Shown: positions 1-12,502 of the stretch, one piece after another
Layout of the letters: every line of letters begins with the position of its first letter
Position numbering within the stretch: position 1 is the stretch's first letter
Notes under the pieces: generated by a model
Told to the model about the DNA's origin: nothing
The model's database searches: none
The model's input: the letters and a program-made list of their open reading frames with translations, nothing else
Assembly (NCBI RefSeq): GCF_009914755.1
Contig: NC_060938.1
DNA: 64,000 nucleotides
Direction: 5' to 3' (one strand)
Source: the human T2T-CHM13v2.0 reference genome, Homo sapiens
Program-made: the position numbers and the translations under genes

Positions 1-119
1 AAAAGCATTGCATAATCAAACTGTTGACAACCAAGGGTATTGGGGAAATCTTGAAGCAGCCAGAAAATAAAGAAATTTCATATACAAGGGAGGAAGAAAA
101 TTAATATATGAGAAAATAA

Positions 120-318
120 ACCGGAACAGTGGAGGAATGGGGGCAGGGGGAATCTGGGAATTGACATGAAAAAATTTAGGGGTTGATATCATGATAGAGG
201 TTTGGGTTGCATAGGTGTGTACATTTCTTAAGACAAGTGCATACTTAACATTAGTATGTTTCATTGTGTGTAAATTTAAAGTTTACATCAAAAGAGGAAA
301 TAACTAAATAAAAAATAG
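120..318 (+). mobile_element. Old L1 (L1MC/L1ME-like) 3' end fragment
   Basis: 'gatagaggtttgggttgcataggtgtgtacatt...tttcattgtgtgtaaattt' plus A-rich end resembles the L1M 3'UTR terminus. Confidence 0.55.
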
Positions 319-344
319 CAGTTAACTCCCACTAGCTTGAGGTA

Positions 345-435
345 CTGTAAGGCAGGAATCACTTCATTCCCATCATTGTGTTTCTTGTGGGGACTACAGT
401 GCATGACATAGGGTAGATGCTTAGTAATTTTTTTC
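345..435 (+). mobile_element. L2 3' end fragment
   Basis: 'aggcaggaatcac...acagtgcatgacatagggtagatgcttagtaa' resembles the L2 terminus. Confidence 0.5.
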
Positions 436-830
436 AGTTACATTTAATTCCACATATTTCTTTTTCATTTCTACTGATGTAATGCAGATGAGTAGAACAC
501 AACCAAATTCCTGTAAAATAAACAGAAGGGTAAAACAAAGGATCTGTATAATCATGGGCATCATAAGCTAATGAGAACTGAAATATTATATTCAGTGTAT
601 GTCATATAATAACACATTAGAGCTTGCATTTTTTCTATTTTCTGTTGCCCTGTATCAGGTGTCTAGTGTAAGCCATGAGCTTAACAAACATGGTACCAGA
701 CAGCATGTAACGTATATTATCTATAAGAATACTGCAAATATTATCCCTATTTTTTTTCAGTAGACCAAACAGTAAACCATACTAAAGAAAGGTAAAGGAT
801 CAAGATTATATGGCTGATAAGTGAGTAGCT

Positions 831-1296
831 ATATCAGTCAGGATATTGGCAGGAAATAATTCTTCCCAGATGGTTCAAATGCACTGAGGTTAATGATGAC
901 CTATATATAGAGAGAGATGTGGGTGGGGTAAAGGGAGTGAAAAAGGAAGGACAAGGTTCCTTCTGGCAGCCTCAGAGACCAAGGGAGGAAATTAGCACCC
1001 AATGAGAACTAGAACTAGAGAGGAATGGGAAGACTGGTGGGGACGCTAGTAGTGAAGGCTTGCAGGTGTTGCTCATTGCTACTGCCTGCAATGTGGTATG
1101 GAAGACGGGAAAAGAAACCCAGCCCCTCTCATTTCTTGCTGCCTTATGTACTGCAATTATTTTCCATTGGATAAACCCAACCAAATGCCAACATTCAAGG
1201 GAGCTAATGGGGCCAGTGTCCCAGGGCAGAGAGTAGATTATAGGAGTGTAGAGAATGGAATGGAGGGGTTGGGAGCAGTAACTGGAAATTAACCAG
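831..1296 (-). mobile_element. Old ERVL-class solo LTR (LTR33/LTR16-like)
   Basis: Begins 'atatcagtcaggatattggcaggaaa' and ends 'ccagggcagagagtag...gaatggaatggagggg', resembling the reverse complement of LTR33-group termini. Confidence 0.45.
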
Positions 1297-1974
1297 TAAT
1301 TGTAGCCACAATCAGATTTGATCCCATGTCACTGTGTCTTACAGGCCCATGTTTTTTCTTATTTATCACACTGGCTCTCAGTTTAGACACAATTTTGGTA
1401 GCAACCATGAGTTTTATTACAGTTAGAGACTTGTTGCACTAGGCACTCTCAATTTCTTTTCCAGCAGTCAGGAAGTCATCACAAAGCTCCTGAGTTTAAA
1501 TGCAGAGTGGAAGATGGGAATGAACCACTATTACTTAACTTAGTTCTTAGATCATGAACTCAGACATTGCCAACAATCTTCCAAATTCAGTGTACCCTTG
1601 TCCCCAGGTTAGTGGACTCTTTTAGGACTTTACATGAATTAAGCTGAGTTACTAATTAAATGCCATAAGGCTAACTGATGGATGGTTACTCTTTCATGTG
1701 ACATTTTGGAGTCTAGAAAAGATAGGGATTAAGATAATTGTTCTCCAGCTAGCTAGATGCAATGCAGCTAAGGAGAAGGGCTATGGTGCAGGGTCTGGCT
1801 TCAATTATTTTCAGCCCAGCAGGTCTTTTAGAAATGTCTTTTAGAAGTGCCAGCGGTATCCAATTGTTTCGGCAACATTAGACACAAACTTTTTCGTATG
1901 AGATGTGTTGAAAATACAGAACAAATGAAATATTTTTTGTAAGTGTCCATTAAATTAATTAGTCTCATTGATCC

Positions 1975-2103
1975 TTAGTTTCTTTTATGCAAATGTGGAT
2001 AATAATAATATATACCTCATATGATGGTTGTGAAATTTAATGAGGTAACAAATATAGAGCACTTATAATAAAACTCAATAAATGTTAACTATCATCATCA
2101 TCA
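1975..2103 (+). mobile_element. MIR
   Basis: Core 'aaatgtggataataata...acctcatatgatggttgtgaaatttaatgag...ctcaataaatgttaactatc'. Confidence 0.7.
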
Positions 2104-2240
2104 GTATTGTTTTTGTTTGGGCTCATTCTGATGAGGCTGTCAATAACAGTTTTTTTTCCCTTTGTCTTCTGCTTAAAGGGCTGGGCAAGGAATTCAGCCA
2201 TGCCTGACCAAACTTACTCAGCAGTGGGTTCAAAAGATGC

Positions 2241-2688
2241 TGCATTAATGTCCTAGGGCTGCCATAATAATCACAAATGGAGTGATTTCAAATAACAGAG
2301 ATGTACTCTTTCAGAGTTCTGGAAACTGAAAGTCCAAAATCAAGGTGTCAGTAGGCATCATGCCTTCTGGAGGCTCTTAAGGCGAGTTTGTTTCACGCCT
2401 GTCTCCTATTTTGTGGTTGCTGGCCATCCCTTATGTTCCTTGGTTTGTAGACACCTCACTCCAATATCTGCCTCCATCTTCACATTGCCTTCTCCTCTGT
2501 GTTTTCTTCCTTTTGCATCTCATATGAACACATGTCATTGGAGTGAGGAAGCCAGCTGGTTAATCCAAAATGATATCATCCAGAGATCCTTTACTCAAGT
2601 AGATCTGCAAAGGCCCTTTTCCAGATAAGATCACATACGCAGGTTCTGGTGAACATATCTTTTGGGGGCCACCATTCAAACCACTACA
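2241..2688 (-). mobile_element. MLT1C-like MaLR solo LTR
   Basis: 'tgcattaatgtcctagggctgccataa...agtccaaaatcaaggtgtcag...gggggccaccattcaaaccactaca'. Confidence 0.8.
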
Positions 2689-2968
2689 GGTGAGCACCTA
2701 ATCCAAGCAGGGCCTCTCCACAGTCATCAAACTCATAGGGAGACCCTGTGTAATAATCAAGACAGCATAGAGGGAAGTAGGGCCTAATATTGAGCCAATG
2801 GGGAAAGAGAAGGAAAGGGAGAGAGAGGAAAAGAGAAAGAGAGAAATGATGAGAAAGAGAGAAATGGAAAGTATCAAGGAAACGCCTGGATCTAATTGAG
2901 ACCTAAGTCATTTCTACCTCTGGACTTCTCAGTTCCATGAGCCAATTAAGTGGTTGTTTGTTTGTTTG

Positions 2969-2970
<2 letters not shown>

Positions 2971-3020
<50 letters not shown>
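2971..3020. repeat. (GT)25 microsatellite
   Basis: Perfect dinucleotide run. Confidence 0.95.
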
Positions 3021-3022
<2 letters not shown>

Positions 3023-3324
3023 TTTGCCTAAGCTTGTTTAAGGTGGGTTTTCATTACTCATACCTGAAAGAATAATCAATATTACAGCTGCTAATACTTA
3101 CAGGTGTTAATTCCCTTCCTGTATCTGTCCTTGGTAGGAAGGGGGAGAAGGAGCTGTTGAAAGGGCTTCCTGGTGAGTGATCACTTCAGCTTAAGTTGAA
3201 ATTGGAGTAGATAGACTCTATCCCTCCTTACACAGCATTGTAGTTGACTGCCTACATGTCTGTCTCCCTTCCGGGATGCTCAAATCCTTATGAGATATCA
3301 TACAGAGTGCTTTTTATTTTCTAA

Positions 3325-3470
3325 GTACTGCATAAAATCTTTGCATGTATTATATTTTTAATAACCTGACAGTAAACCCATGAGATTAAATTATCCTCAT
3401 TTATAGCCAACAAATGGTGAAGCTTGAAAAGTTTGTTTTGTCAAATTTCTTACAATTAGCTTATGTCAGG
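3325..3470 (-). mobile_element. MIR nested in an L2 remnant
   Basis: 'ctttgcatgtattatattt...aacccatgag...ttatcctcatttatag' reverse MIR core. Confidence 0.5.
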
Positions 3471-3534
3471 CAGCAACTATATTTCTTCACTGTTGTGTTG
3501 CAAGGATTATCCCAGGGCTTGACACATAGTAGAT

Positions 3535-3698
3535 CAAGGGTTTTCAAGGTGTGTTCCTTGAAGAAGCAGCATCAGCATCACCTGGGGTCTCGCTAGGAAT
3601 GTAGATTATCGGGCTCCATTCCATACATACTGGATCAGTAACTTTTGGGATGGGACCCAGATCTGGGATTCTGCTGCACTAAAATTTGAGAACCACTA
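3535..3698 (+). mobile_element. MER5A hAT-Charlie MITE
   Basis: TIRs caagggttttcaa / ttgagaaccact; 'agcagcatcagcatcacctggg'; 'agtagat' on both flanks (TSD remnant). Confidence 0.8.
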
Positions 3699-4160
3699 AG
3701 TAGATATTCATTATGAATAGAAAAATCATGAAAATGTTGAACAAAAAGCTGAAAGCCTTTATGAAAGGAAAAGGTTTAGCCTAAAGTCTGTAGTTTCCCA
3801 AGAAATAATATGATTTCCAACATCAGAGTGACAGAAAATGTCTGCTGCTTCCCTAAAATTACGACTCTCCTTTATGTGATCTCAGCTGACTGCTGTTATA
3901 CCCTTGCATACCCGTGGGTGTGGTTAGTGCACAGCAGCTTAGAACTCACCTGCTATACACTTGACACAACCACAGGTACCAAGAGAGCAATGACTTTCTT
4001 GCCATCCAGAGAATGGAGGGCTTCTCTTCTCACTCATAGTCCTGAGCTTCATTCCCCCCTTTTTTTTTAAAGCACAAACTTGCCAACTTGCCAGGAAAAA
4101 AATCATCTTTTTACACCATTTAGGCCATTGCTTACCTAATGGGACATATAATGTGATAAA

Positions 4161-4178
4161 ATTGCCACCTGCTGGTTG
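4161..4178 (-). promoter_or_regulatory. CTCF core motif
   Basis: Minus strand CAACCAGCAGGTGGCAAT matches the CCASYAGRKGGCR core. Confidence 0.5.
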
Positions 4179-4676
4179 AGATATGAGACAGTTCCCAAGG
4201 GTATAATTACATATGCTGGTTTTTTTTAAATATTTTAACTGTACCTACTCCAAAGACATGTCTGTAGAGTAAGTTAAGTTGTGACAAGCTGTAGATTAGA
4301 ACTGAGATTTTTGACACTTTTAAAATGGCAGAACAACAATCTACTAGTTTTGTGGCAGAAGAAAAGCCCATCCACTTGATTTTAGAGAAAAATGTGTCAT
4401 AGATGTAGGTGTATATAACGTGTAGAATAAAACTGGACTAAAAAACAAAAAGAAAGGAGCAGCAAATAGTACTTCAAAGCTTAAAACTTTGGCACATACA
4501 TTCATTTTGAAAACAATGTTTCATTTTATAAATGTCATATTATATGTAGAAATAAGGTAAGATGAATGGAAAGTTAAATATCTCTTTACAACAAAATTTT
4601 AAAATATGTATTTCTAGGAAATTTCAAAATGATTTAGGCTTTTAGATGCAGTCCTTCCCTGTGGAGTATTGAAGTG

Positions 4677-5050
4677 TTATACTAGTCAGGATAAAATAGG
4701 CTTTGCTCCAAAAAACAAATTAGACTTAAAATATCAATGACCTTACAACAAGAAAACCACCAACAATGGTTAATTTCTGTCTCATCCTGTATGTCCCACA
4801 CAGTTGGTAGAAAACTCTTCTCCATATAACCACCCTAAACCCCATGCTAATGGGAAGCCCTAATAACTTGTGGTTTCATCATCTCAACACTAGCCTCCAG
4901 TGTTACCAGAGCAAAGGATCACAACATACATTGGCTCCTCTAGGCTCTGTCCTGGAAGTGATCCACATCACGCTCCACTCATTGGCCAGAACTTATCAGT
5001 GGCCCCACTTAAGTGTGAGAGACTTGGAAATATAGGTATAGTACCTGGAT
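4677..5050 (-). mobile_element. MLT1I/J-like MaLR LTR
   Basis: 'ctagtcaggataaaataggctttgct...cctggaagtgatccacatcacgctccactcattggccagaact'. Confidence 0.6.
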
Positions 5051-5699
5051 TTAGGGGGTGTAACAAATGTCTTTACTCAATGTACATACTTGGTTGAATT
5101 AACTTAATCTTCTTTTAGGTTACCCCATAGCTCAATACACTATACATTCTGATAGCCTGTTGGAATTTCAGGTAAAATATTCAATTCTCATGGTAAGATA
5201 TAAACATTCTCTCTGCCTCCTTGCATAACCAGAACATGTGAATCTGCTTTCCACAGCTGATATCCAGCTTCTACCAAAACACTAAGAGATAAAAATGTTG
5301 CCTTATGGGATTTTACAGGACTATTTTTTTTCAACTATTTTTCCAAGACTAAGTAAATTCTCGGAATTAGATTATGTCACCAAAAAGTACGATTCCTGGA
5401 CCTTTTTAACTTAACCTTCTCTAGACATATCTTTAGTGAGTTAAGTTTTAATGTAACACCCTCAATGTTTATCAAACGTGAATACCAGAACACCGACATA
5501 GCATATATATAAGTTCTTGGGTCTTTTTGCATAAAGACCCATGGATACCCACAATGAAATGCAGTGGGACTTTGGAACTAGTTAGTTCTGGGTTTGAACC
5601 CTGAGTCTGGCAATTTTTGTCTTAGTCACCTGTTTAAGTCACTTTCTTCTCATCCTTCTTAGTATCCCAATATAGACAATTAAACTGCGGACTAGTCTA

Positions 5700-6260
<561 letters not shown>

Positions 6261-6494
6261 TTTTGATGAAATAAGATAATGTTGGTGGAGAATCGTCTAC
6301 AAAGTAAGTGCCTTATTATATAGAATCAGTAAAATTTGAGTCATTCATAGTGATATCAGATCCTTTTTTATTATCAAATAAAAACGTGAACCTTTTTGCT
6401 CTTTTTTTCCCATTGGCTACTAGGAACTCAGAGCTAGATTTAATGCTCAATTGTAATAGCTGCGCAACCTTACGCTGTTGGATTTATGCATGTA

Positions 6495-6550
6495 TATAAA
6501 ATGCTACAACCATCTTCTGTACTATAAAATGCTACAATCCTCTTTTGAAA
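6495..6550. repeat. 28-bp tandem duplication
   Basis: tataaaatgctacaaccatcttctgtac / tataaaatgctacaatcctcttttgaaa. Confidence 0.8.
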
Positions 6551-7319
6551 GTAGGCAGGCTATAGATAACTTTTTTTTTGGTAGTAGCAATATACTAAGA
6601 ACAAAATATTTTAAAAACAAAAATATGTGACTTTTTTTCCTTTTTTTGTAAGGCAGGTCGTACTCGAGATATATTCATCTTACTGTGTTACCTGTGTTAC
6701 AGAAACAACTTCTGTAGGAGTCAGACATTCTTCTAGAAGGAAGGAACTAACTGAAATAATACTTCAAAAACACTCACTATTTAAGTAACTGAAGATCTTT
6801 AAAGTTTTACACACTATTTTCATGTTTTAATGACTTCATTCTCCTCTCACTAAAGCTACTTCCTTCCTCACATGTCCTGTGTTAGTCACTGATTGGCAAG
6901 TAGTTTGCTCACTCTAAGCTCTGCTCTCTATAATAAACATGTGTGATTAAATACCCCAATTATGAAATACAGAAAGCAGAAGAAGAACTGAGAAAGTTTA
7001 TTTCAGACCACTCTTGATTTCCTTTATCTGGTTTGTTTCTTTTGCTTGCTGGAGAGGCAGAGTTCCAGAAAGATGTAAGGCTGTTGGAAAGAGCTCAGCA
7101 AAATGAAAGAAAATATGGTCTGTGGCAGGTTGAAAGTATTGCGTTCTTAGGAACTGTCAGAGGCCAAGTGTGTAATGAACTTGAGTAAATGACAAGCTGA
7201 TGGGGAAGAATAATTGCCCAGAGGTTTGTGGTGAATATAAACACCTAGGAGGAAGAGAAAATGGAGAAGAGGATTTCAGGCAGCATGGCTGGGAGCAATT
7301 GAAAGAAAGGAAGCTCTCT

Positions 7320-7550
7320 TTCTGCCAAACTCCACGTACTTATTGTTTATACTGTTCTTTATGGAATTAGTCATTTTTATTACCCAGGACATTTCTTATA
7401 TGGTTTTGTTTTATCATCCAACCTTTTACTGTGTATGTCTTATTTCCACAACGTAACTGTAAGTTACTAGATGGCAGGGAACACAGCTATCCTTCTTTGT
7501 CTCCCTGTCAATGAACAAATCACATGGTTCTAACACTAGCTGGGCTGTTC
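7320..7550 (+). mobile_element. L2 3' fragment
   Basis: 'gtgtatgtcttatttcc...actgtaagttactagatggcagggaac...tctttgtctccc'. Confidence 0.5.
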
Positions 7551-7878
7551 ACTAGTAGCAAAAACTAGAACAAATTACATGAACAAGTTACATTTTCATT
7601 TCTCCTGCAAAATGGGTTAATGATATCCACACTGTAATGATTCAGAGAAATTTAATCATATACAAGATGCTTGGATAATAACATTTACAAGATGTAAATG
7701 CCAGTTATTATCTTTTCCCTCTCACAGTGGCGAATCCATGTCTTTCACAGAGCAAGTATAATATATTACACTGTTATAGTGCAGATCAGTTCAATATATA
7801 GTATATAAATATAAATATATAGCTAACATATATTCTACATATGTAAATATATAGTATATTAATGTAAAAATATATTGC

Positions 7879-7911
7879 TGTATTAGTTTTTCAGAGAGAG
7901 AACACCAATAG

Positions 7912-7943
<32 letters not shown>

Positions 7944-8520
7944 CAGATAGATGATAGATATGTAGCTATATTAGAGGGGATTTATTAGGGGAATTGGCTC
8001 ACACAATTATGGAGGCTGAGAAGTCCCACAATAGGCCATTTGCAAGCTGGAGAACCAGAGAAGATGGCAGCATGGCTTAGTCCAAGTTGGAAAGCCCAAG
8101 AACCGAGTAAGCCAATGGTGTAACTTAGTCTAAGGCTGAAAGCCTGAGAGCTCTGGGAGGCTGCTGATGCAAGTTCCAGAGTCCAAAGACTGAAGAACTT
8201 GGAGTTTCAATGTCCAAGTACTGGAGAAGAACAGTGACTTATTCCAGAAGGGGTGGGTGGGGTGGTGGGGGTGGGGGGAGGGGCCAGGTGGAAGAGAGAG
8301 AGAGAGAATTCATCCTTTTTTCACCTTTTGGTTCCATCCTGGCCCACAGTTCATTGGATGATAGCTGCCCACATTGAGTACAATCTTCCCCGCTCAGTCC
8401 ACTGACTCACATGCAGATCTCCTGTGGAGCACACCCTCACAGATATACCCGGAAACACTTCACCACTCATGGAGGCATCTCTCTCTCCAGTAAAGCTGAC
8501 ACCTAAAATTAAGCATAACG
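7879..8520 (-). mobile_element. MLT2 (B/C/D-like) 3' LTR of ERV-L
   Basis: 'tgtattagt...ggaattggctcacacaattatggaggctgagaagtcccac...gacacctaaaattaagcataac'; minus-strand AATAAA at 7981-7986. Confidence 0.9.
7914..7960. repeat. (GATA)n microsatellite inside the MLT2 LTR
   Basis: Direct observation. Confidence 0.9.
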
Positions 8521-9048
8521 AGACCACCCCTTCTCAACTTAGCACCCATACGGCATCTCCTTAAATTATACTTAATCTGCAAATAAAGACAACAACAAGG
8601 TTACAGTTTTACTTAACATGATACAGCTATCTTATATACAATAAAAAATGCAATAATTCCATCCCCAGAAGAGGAGGTAAAGTTCTTGGGTGACGTTTAC
8701 TGTTCTCCTGATATCCCATAATTTAAATACTATTATGTAAATTTAGCAATACCTAAATACTGGTACAAAGTTGATAAATCTTATATTGTATGATAAATGA
8801 GTGAGAGGGAAAAAGGTATTTTCTTAATATATGAATATATAAACACATAAATACATCCTTAGCAATACAGGGGGAAAATATTTATGATAATGACAATTCT
8901 CATTTCTGTAACTGACCACATTTTGGTAGCTACTTGTTTCTTATGTTTCTTAAGAACCATAAGAAAATCATGGTTCTTATTCTGGCAGTTTGATCCAAAC
9001 TTTCATTCTTGGAGGGTCTGGCTCATTTGTAATCCTGCCTAAATTAGG

Positions 9049-9297
9049 TTATTGTAGTTTCCCATTGATATTAATTATAGGACATGGTAAGACTAAGAGG
9101 CACTTTAAGAGATCTCCTGTATTCCAGACATGCTCTTCTTTACCTTCATTGTGGAGTAGTAGTCCAATTTCCACTTTGTAGTCTGAATCAATTATTCCAC
9201 CCAATAGTGTATCTCCCTTCTTAGCCTGTTGACTCAGAGTCATGAGGAATACAAAATGGCTGGGTGATAACCTTAACTTCCAGTTCAATTGAATCAT
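9049..9297 (-). pseudogene. ERV-L dUTPase remnant
   Basis: 'QQAKKGDTLLGGIIDSDYKVEIGLLLHN' contains dUTPase motif 3 (G-I-I-D-x-D-Y-x-x-E-I); lies downstream of integrase as in ERV-L. Confidence 0.85.
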
Positions 9298-9309
9298 TGT
9301 GTCTCCTGC

Positions 9310-10760
9310 TTAAAGCATTCCTCCCTCTGGAACTCAGACCTTCAGGCCAGCAGAATATAAAGTCACAGAAATAGGAAGGAAAATATTTGTTAATGGGTCA
9401 CTATGGGTAATGGTAAGTGGTATCGCTCCCATTTCCATCCTTTGATTCCTGGATCTGTGAATCTTGTCTGTGGAAGAAACTACTATATGTTGGATGCTGA
9501 CTTAGAGAGTATAAAGCCTTCTGAAAAACCTTTCCCCAATCTGCAAAATATTGTCACCTACCTGGTCCTGTAACTGTATCTTCAAAAGGCTATTCTATCA
9601 TTCTCTCAGAGCAGCTGCTTCAGGATGGTCAGAAACATGGTAAGGCCAGTGAATTGCATGAGCATAAGCCATACTTCTTTGGCTGTGGAGCAAGTTTCTT
9701 TGTCAGAATCAATGCTGTGTGGAATAAAATGACAGTGGGTGAGGCATTTTGTAAGTCCGTAGATGGTAGTTTTGGCAGGATCCTTGCATGCAGTGAAGGC
9801 AAATCCATATCTACAGCAAGTGAGTCCAGTAAGGACAAATGCTTCCCATTCCATGACTGAAACAGCTCAATGTAATCAACTTGCCACCAGGTAGCTAGGT
9901 GGTTACCCTGAGGAATGGTGACATATTGGGGCTCAGCATTGGTCTCTGCTGCTGGCAGTTGGGGCATTCAGTGATAGCTGTAGCCAGGTTGGCCCTGGTG
10001 AGTAGAAATTTATGTTGCTGAGCTTATGCATCAACTCCATTATTTTCACCGTGGCCACCTTGTTCATGAGCACACTGGCAAATCAGAGTGGTGGCTGGGA
10101 AAAGGTGCTGACTGGTATCTACAAAATAGGTCATCCTACCAACTCGATAATTAAAGCCCTTCTCTGCTGAGGTCACCCTTTGGTAAGCATACACATGAGA
10201 CACAAATATCTTCATATCCTTTGCCCATTCAGAGGTGTCTATCCACATACCTTTTCCTCAAATTTGTTTTGTCATTAAATATTCAATCATGTCCCTTTCA
10301 AGACTCTGACCATCCAACCAAACAGTTGGCTACAGCCCGTGAATTAGCATATAATTACACATCTAGCCATTTCTCCTTCAAAGCAAAGTATACAGCTGGG
10401 TTCACTGCCTAAAGTTCTGCCTATTAAGAAGATTTCTCTTTACCACAGTCCACAAAGAATGTCCCAGAAAGAGGCCATAGTGCTGCAGATGTCCACTTCT
10501 GGGGAGTAGCTGCATATGCAGAGCAGAATATCTGTAAACCAGGTCCTAGTGTTCTGTCGTTGGATCATAGGGTACACCCCATGAGCCCATAGGTGCGGGC
10601 TGGGAGAGAGAAGGCAAGAGAGCAAGTATAGGAACTATGGGAATTTGGGCCACTTCTTTATGTAATTACTTGTCACTTCAAGACCTTCTCAGACCCAATC
10701 ACATTTACACCACTTCCATTTGGTGATGGAGTACTGCTATGCACATCCAACTTTATGGGT
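9310..10760 (-). pseudogene. ERV-L pol RNase H and integrase remnant (frameshifted)
   Basis: ORF pieces 'KIFVSHVYAYQRVTSAE', 'TIPQGNHLATWWQVDYI' and 'GFAFTACKDPAKTTIYGLTKCL...IPHSIDSD'. Confidence 0.85.
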
Positions 10761-10778
10761 TGGTGGGTTAGAGCAAAC

Positions 10779-11050
10779 TCAGTTTATGATTGGCAGATCA
10801 GGTTGCATGGTAACTTTGTCAAACATTTCATAGTAGGCCAAGAGTGGTCTCTCAAAAAGATAGTAATTATCTGCAAATGATGGCAGGGCCTTTCTCCAAA
10901 CTCCTAAAGGCCTGTGCTGCAATTCACCCATAGGTACCAGAGTTGTGCTAATTTGCTCAAGAAATAAAGCCAAACCTGGTATAACAACTGCAATTGGAGT
11001 CACCATTTGGTTAAGCTTATGATAATCCACTGTCATTCCCCAAGATTCAT
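10779..11050 (-). pseudogene. ERV-L RT N-terminus fused to RT connection domain (catalytic core deleted)
   Basis: 'MTVDYHKLNQMVTPIA...LEQIST' joined directly to 'GELQHRPLGVWRKALPSFADNY..FERPLLAYY'; no YxDD. Confidence 0.8.
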
Positions 11051-12089
11051 GTTTCAGCCAACCAACCAACCAACCAAACTGTTAGCACCTTTTCTAACTC
11101 TTTCAGCTGCAACATAAATGCAGAATCTCTGATTAGTGGGTCATATCAATAAATTCAGCCTAATCCAACTTTATGTTTCTTCTACTACTATCCCACGCTC
11201 ATAATATCTATTTCCACATGTGTTCTCTAGATTTCTGCTTGAATAAATTAAAAACAAACAGAAACCTCAAGTAGTTTAGTGAAGTGTAGCACACCTCCTC
11301 AGGGGTTGCACTTTGTACCTCGCTTTTGGGGGCTGCTGGTACATGAGTCTGGTTATAAGTCTAGAAGCAAAGAGGAGGGGTGGTGGAGGTAGGTCCTGAA
11401 GAGAAACAGCACTGTCTTGCTTGGCAACCCAGGAGAGGCCATAGCTATTTTCTAAGGCAATGAAGAGTTAATTACTTCAGAACAGGGGAGGGAAGACCAA
11501 TACCACTAGGGGTGGGGTGGGTAAGTCACTTTATCCAGCAAGAAAGACTCATCAGAATTTGAATGCTCAATGTCCCTAGTTTCCTCAGGATCTTCCCACA
11601 CATTCCAATCTCAACTTACAGGATTCCATTCTTTCCCAATCAATGCTCTCACTTTAACAGTAGATACCCTGCAAGGCTGAGAATTCGACTTTCACCGTAA
11701 TTCAGGCAGTCACATGATGAGTGATAGCTTTTGACTTTCAGCAGATTCAATCCTGTGGCTACAGGGAAGAAGTTTCTCGTTAAGGGCACACTTAGAAGCT
11801 TTTAGGTGATTTGTGTGCATCTGGAGCTGGAAATTTATATTCTTGAACTCATCTGTTTCTTTTATTACTTTGTCCAATAATATAGGAGCAACCAACCAAT
11901 AAGATTATATTCCTCAGTTTTCCAAAAATGTTCAAAAGTTCCTTGCCTCTTATAAGTGGTTGATGAGGTGTATTCAATACAAATATTTTTGATAGCTTTT
12001 TAAACAGTTCACATTATGGACTATCAGTGCTCTCTGTATTATTGGAAGTAGACTCCTTAATATTTTTAAGTCCAATTTAATTGGAGAGC
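11051..12089 (-). pseudogene. ERV-L gag remnant
   Basis: ORF 11710-11895 'LLDKVIKETDEFKNINFQLQ...LKASKCALNEKLLPCSHR'; gag N-terminal sequence continues up to the HERV-H junction. Confidence 0.75.
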
Positions 12090-12502
12090 TTTCACTTGCG
12101 TCCATGTGAAGAGACCACTAAACAGGCTTTGTGTGAGCAACAAGGCTGTTTATTTCACCTGGGTGCAGGCAGGCTGAGTCCGAAAAGAGAGTCAGCAAAG
12201 GGAGATAGGGGTGGGGCCGTTTTATAAGATTTGGGTAGGTAAAGGAAAATTACAGTCAAAGGGGGTTGTTCTCTGGCGGGCAGGAGTGGGGGTCACAAGG
12301 TGCTCAGTAGTGGAGCTTTTGAGCCAGGATGAGCCAGGAGAAGGAATTTCACAAGATAATATCATCAGTTAAAGCAGGAACAGGCCATTTTCATTTCTTT
12401 TGTGGTGGAATGTCATCAGTTAAGGCAGGAACCGGCCATCTGGATGTGTACGTGCAGGTCACAGGGGATATGATGGCTTAGCTTGGGCTCAGAGGCCTGA
12501 CA
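12090..12502 (-). mobile_element. LTR7 (HERV-H 3' LTR), complete
   Basis: Minus strand TGTCAGGCCTCTGAGCCCAAGCTAAGCC...GTGAAA; TATAAAA at 12220-12226, CCCCACCCC box, AATAAA at 12149-12154, ACAAAAGA at 12396-12403. Confidence 0.95.

Larger units (their letters stand above)
2120..3086 (+). mobile_element. Old MaLR LTR (MLT1J/K-like) interrupted by MLT1C and (GT)n
   Basis: 3' end 'tggacttctcagttccatgagccaattaag...gcctaagcttgtttaaggtgggttttcattac' matches the MLT1J/K tail; 5' boundary approximate. Confidence 0.5.

Noticed and set aside
7060-7135. Possible CR1/L3 fragment
   Set aside because: Similarity too short and diverged to support without alignment
9049-9297. dUTPase as a captured host gene or novel cargo
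   Set aside because: dUTPase after integrase is standard in ERV-L, and this copy is truncated and degenerate
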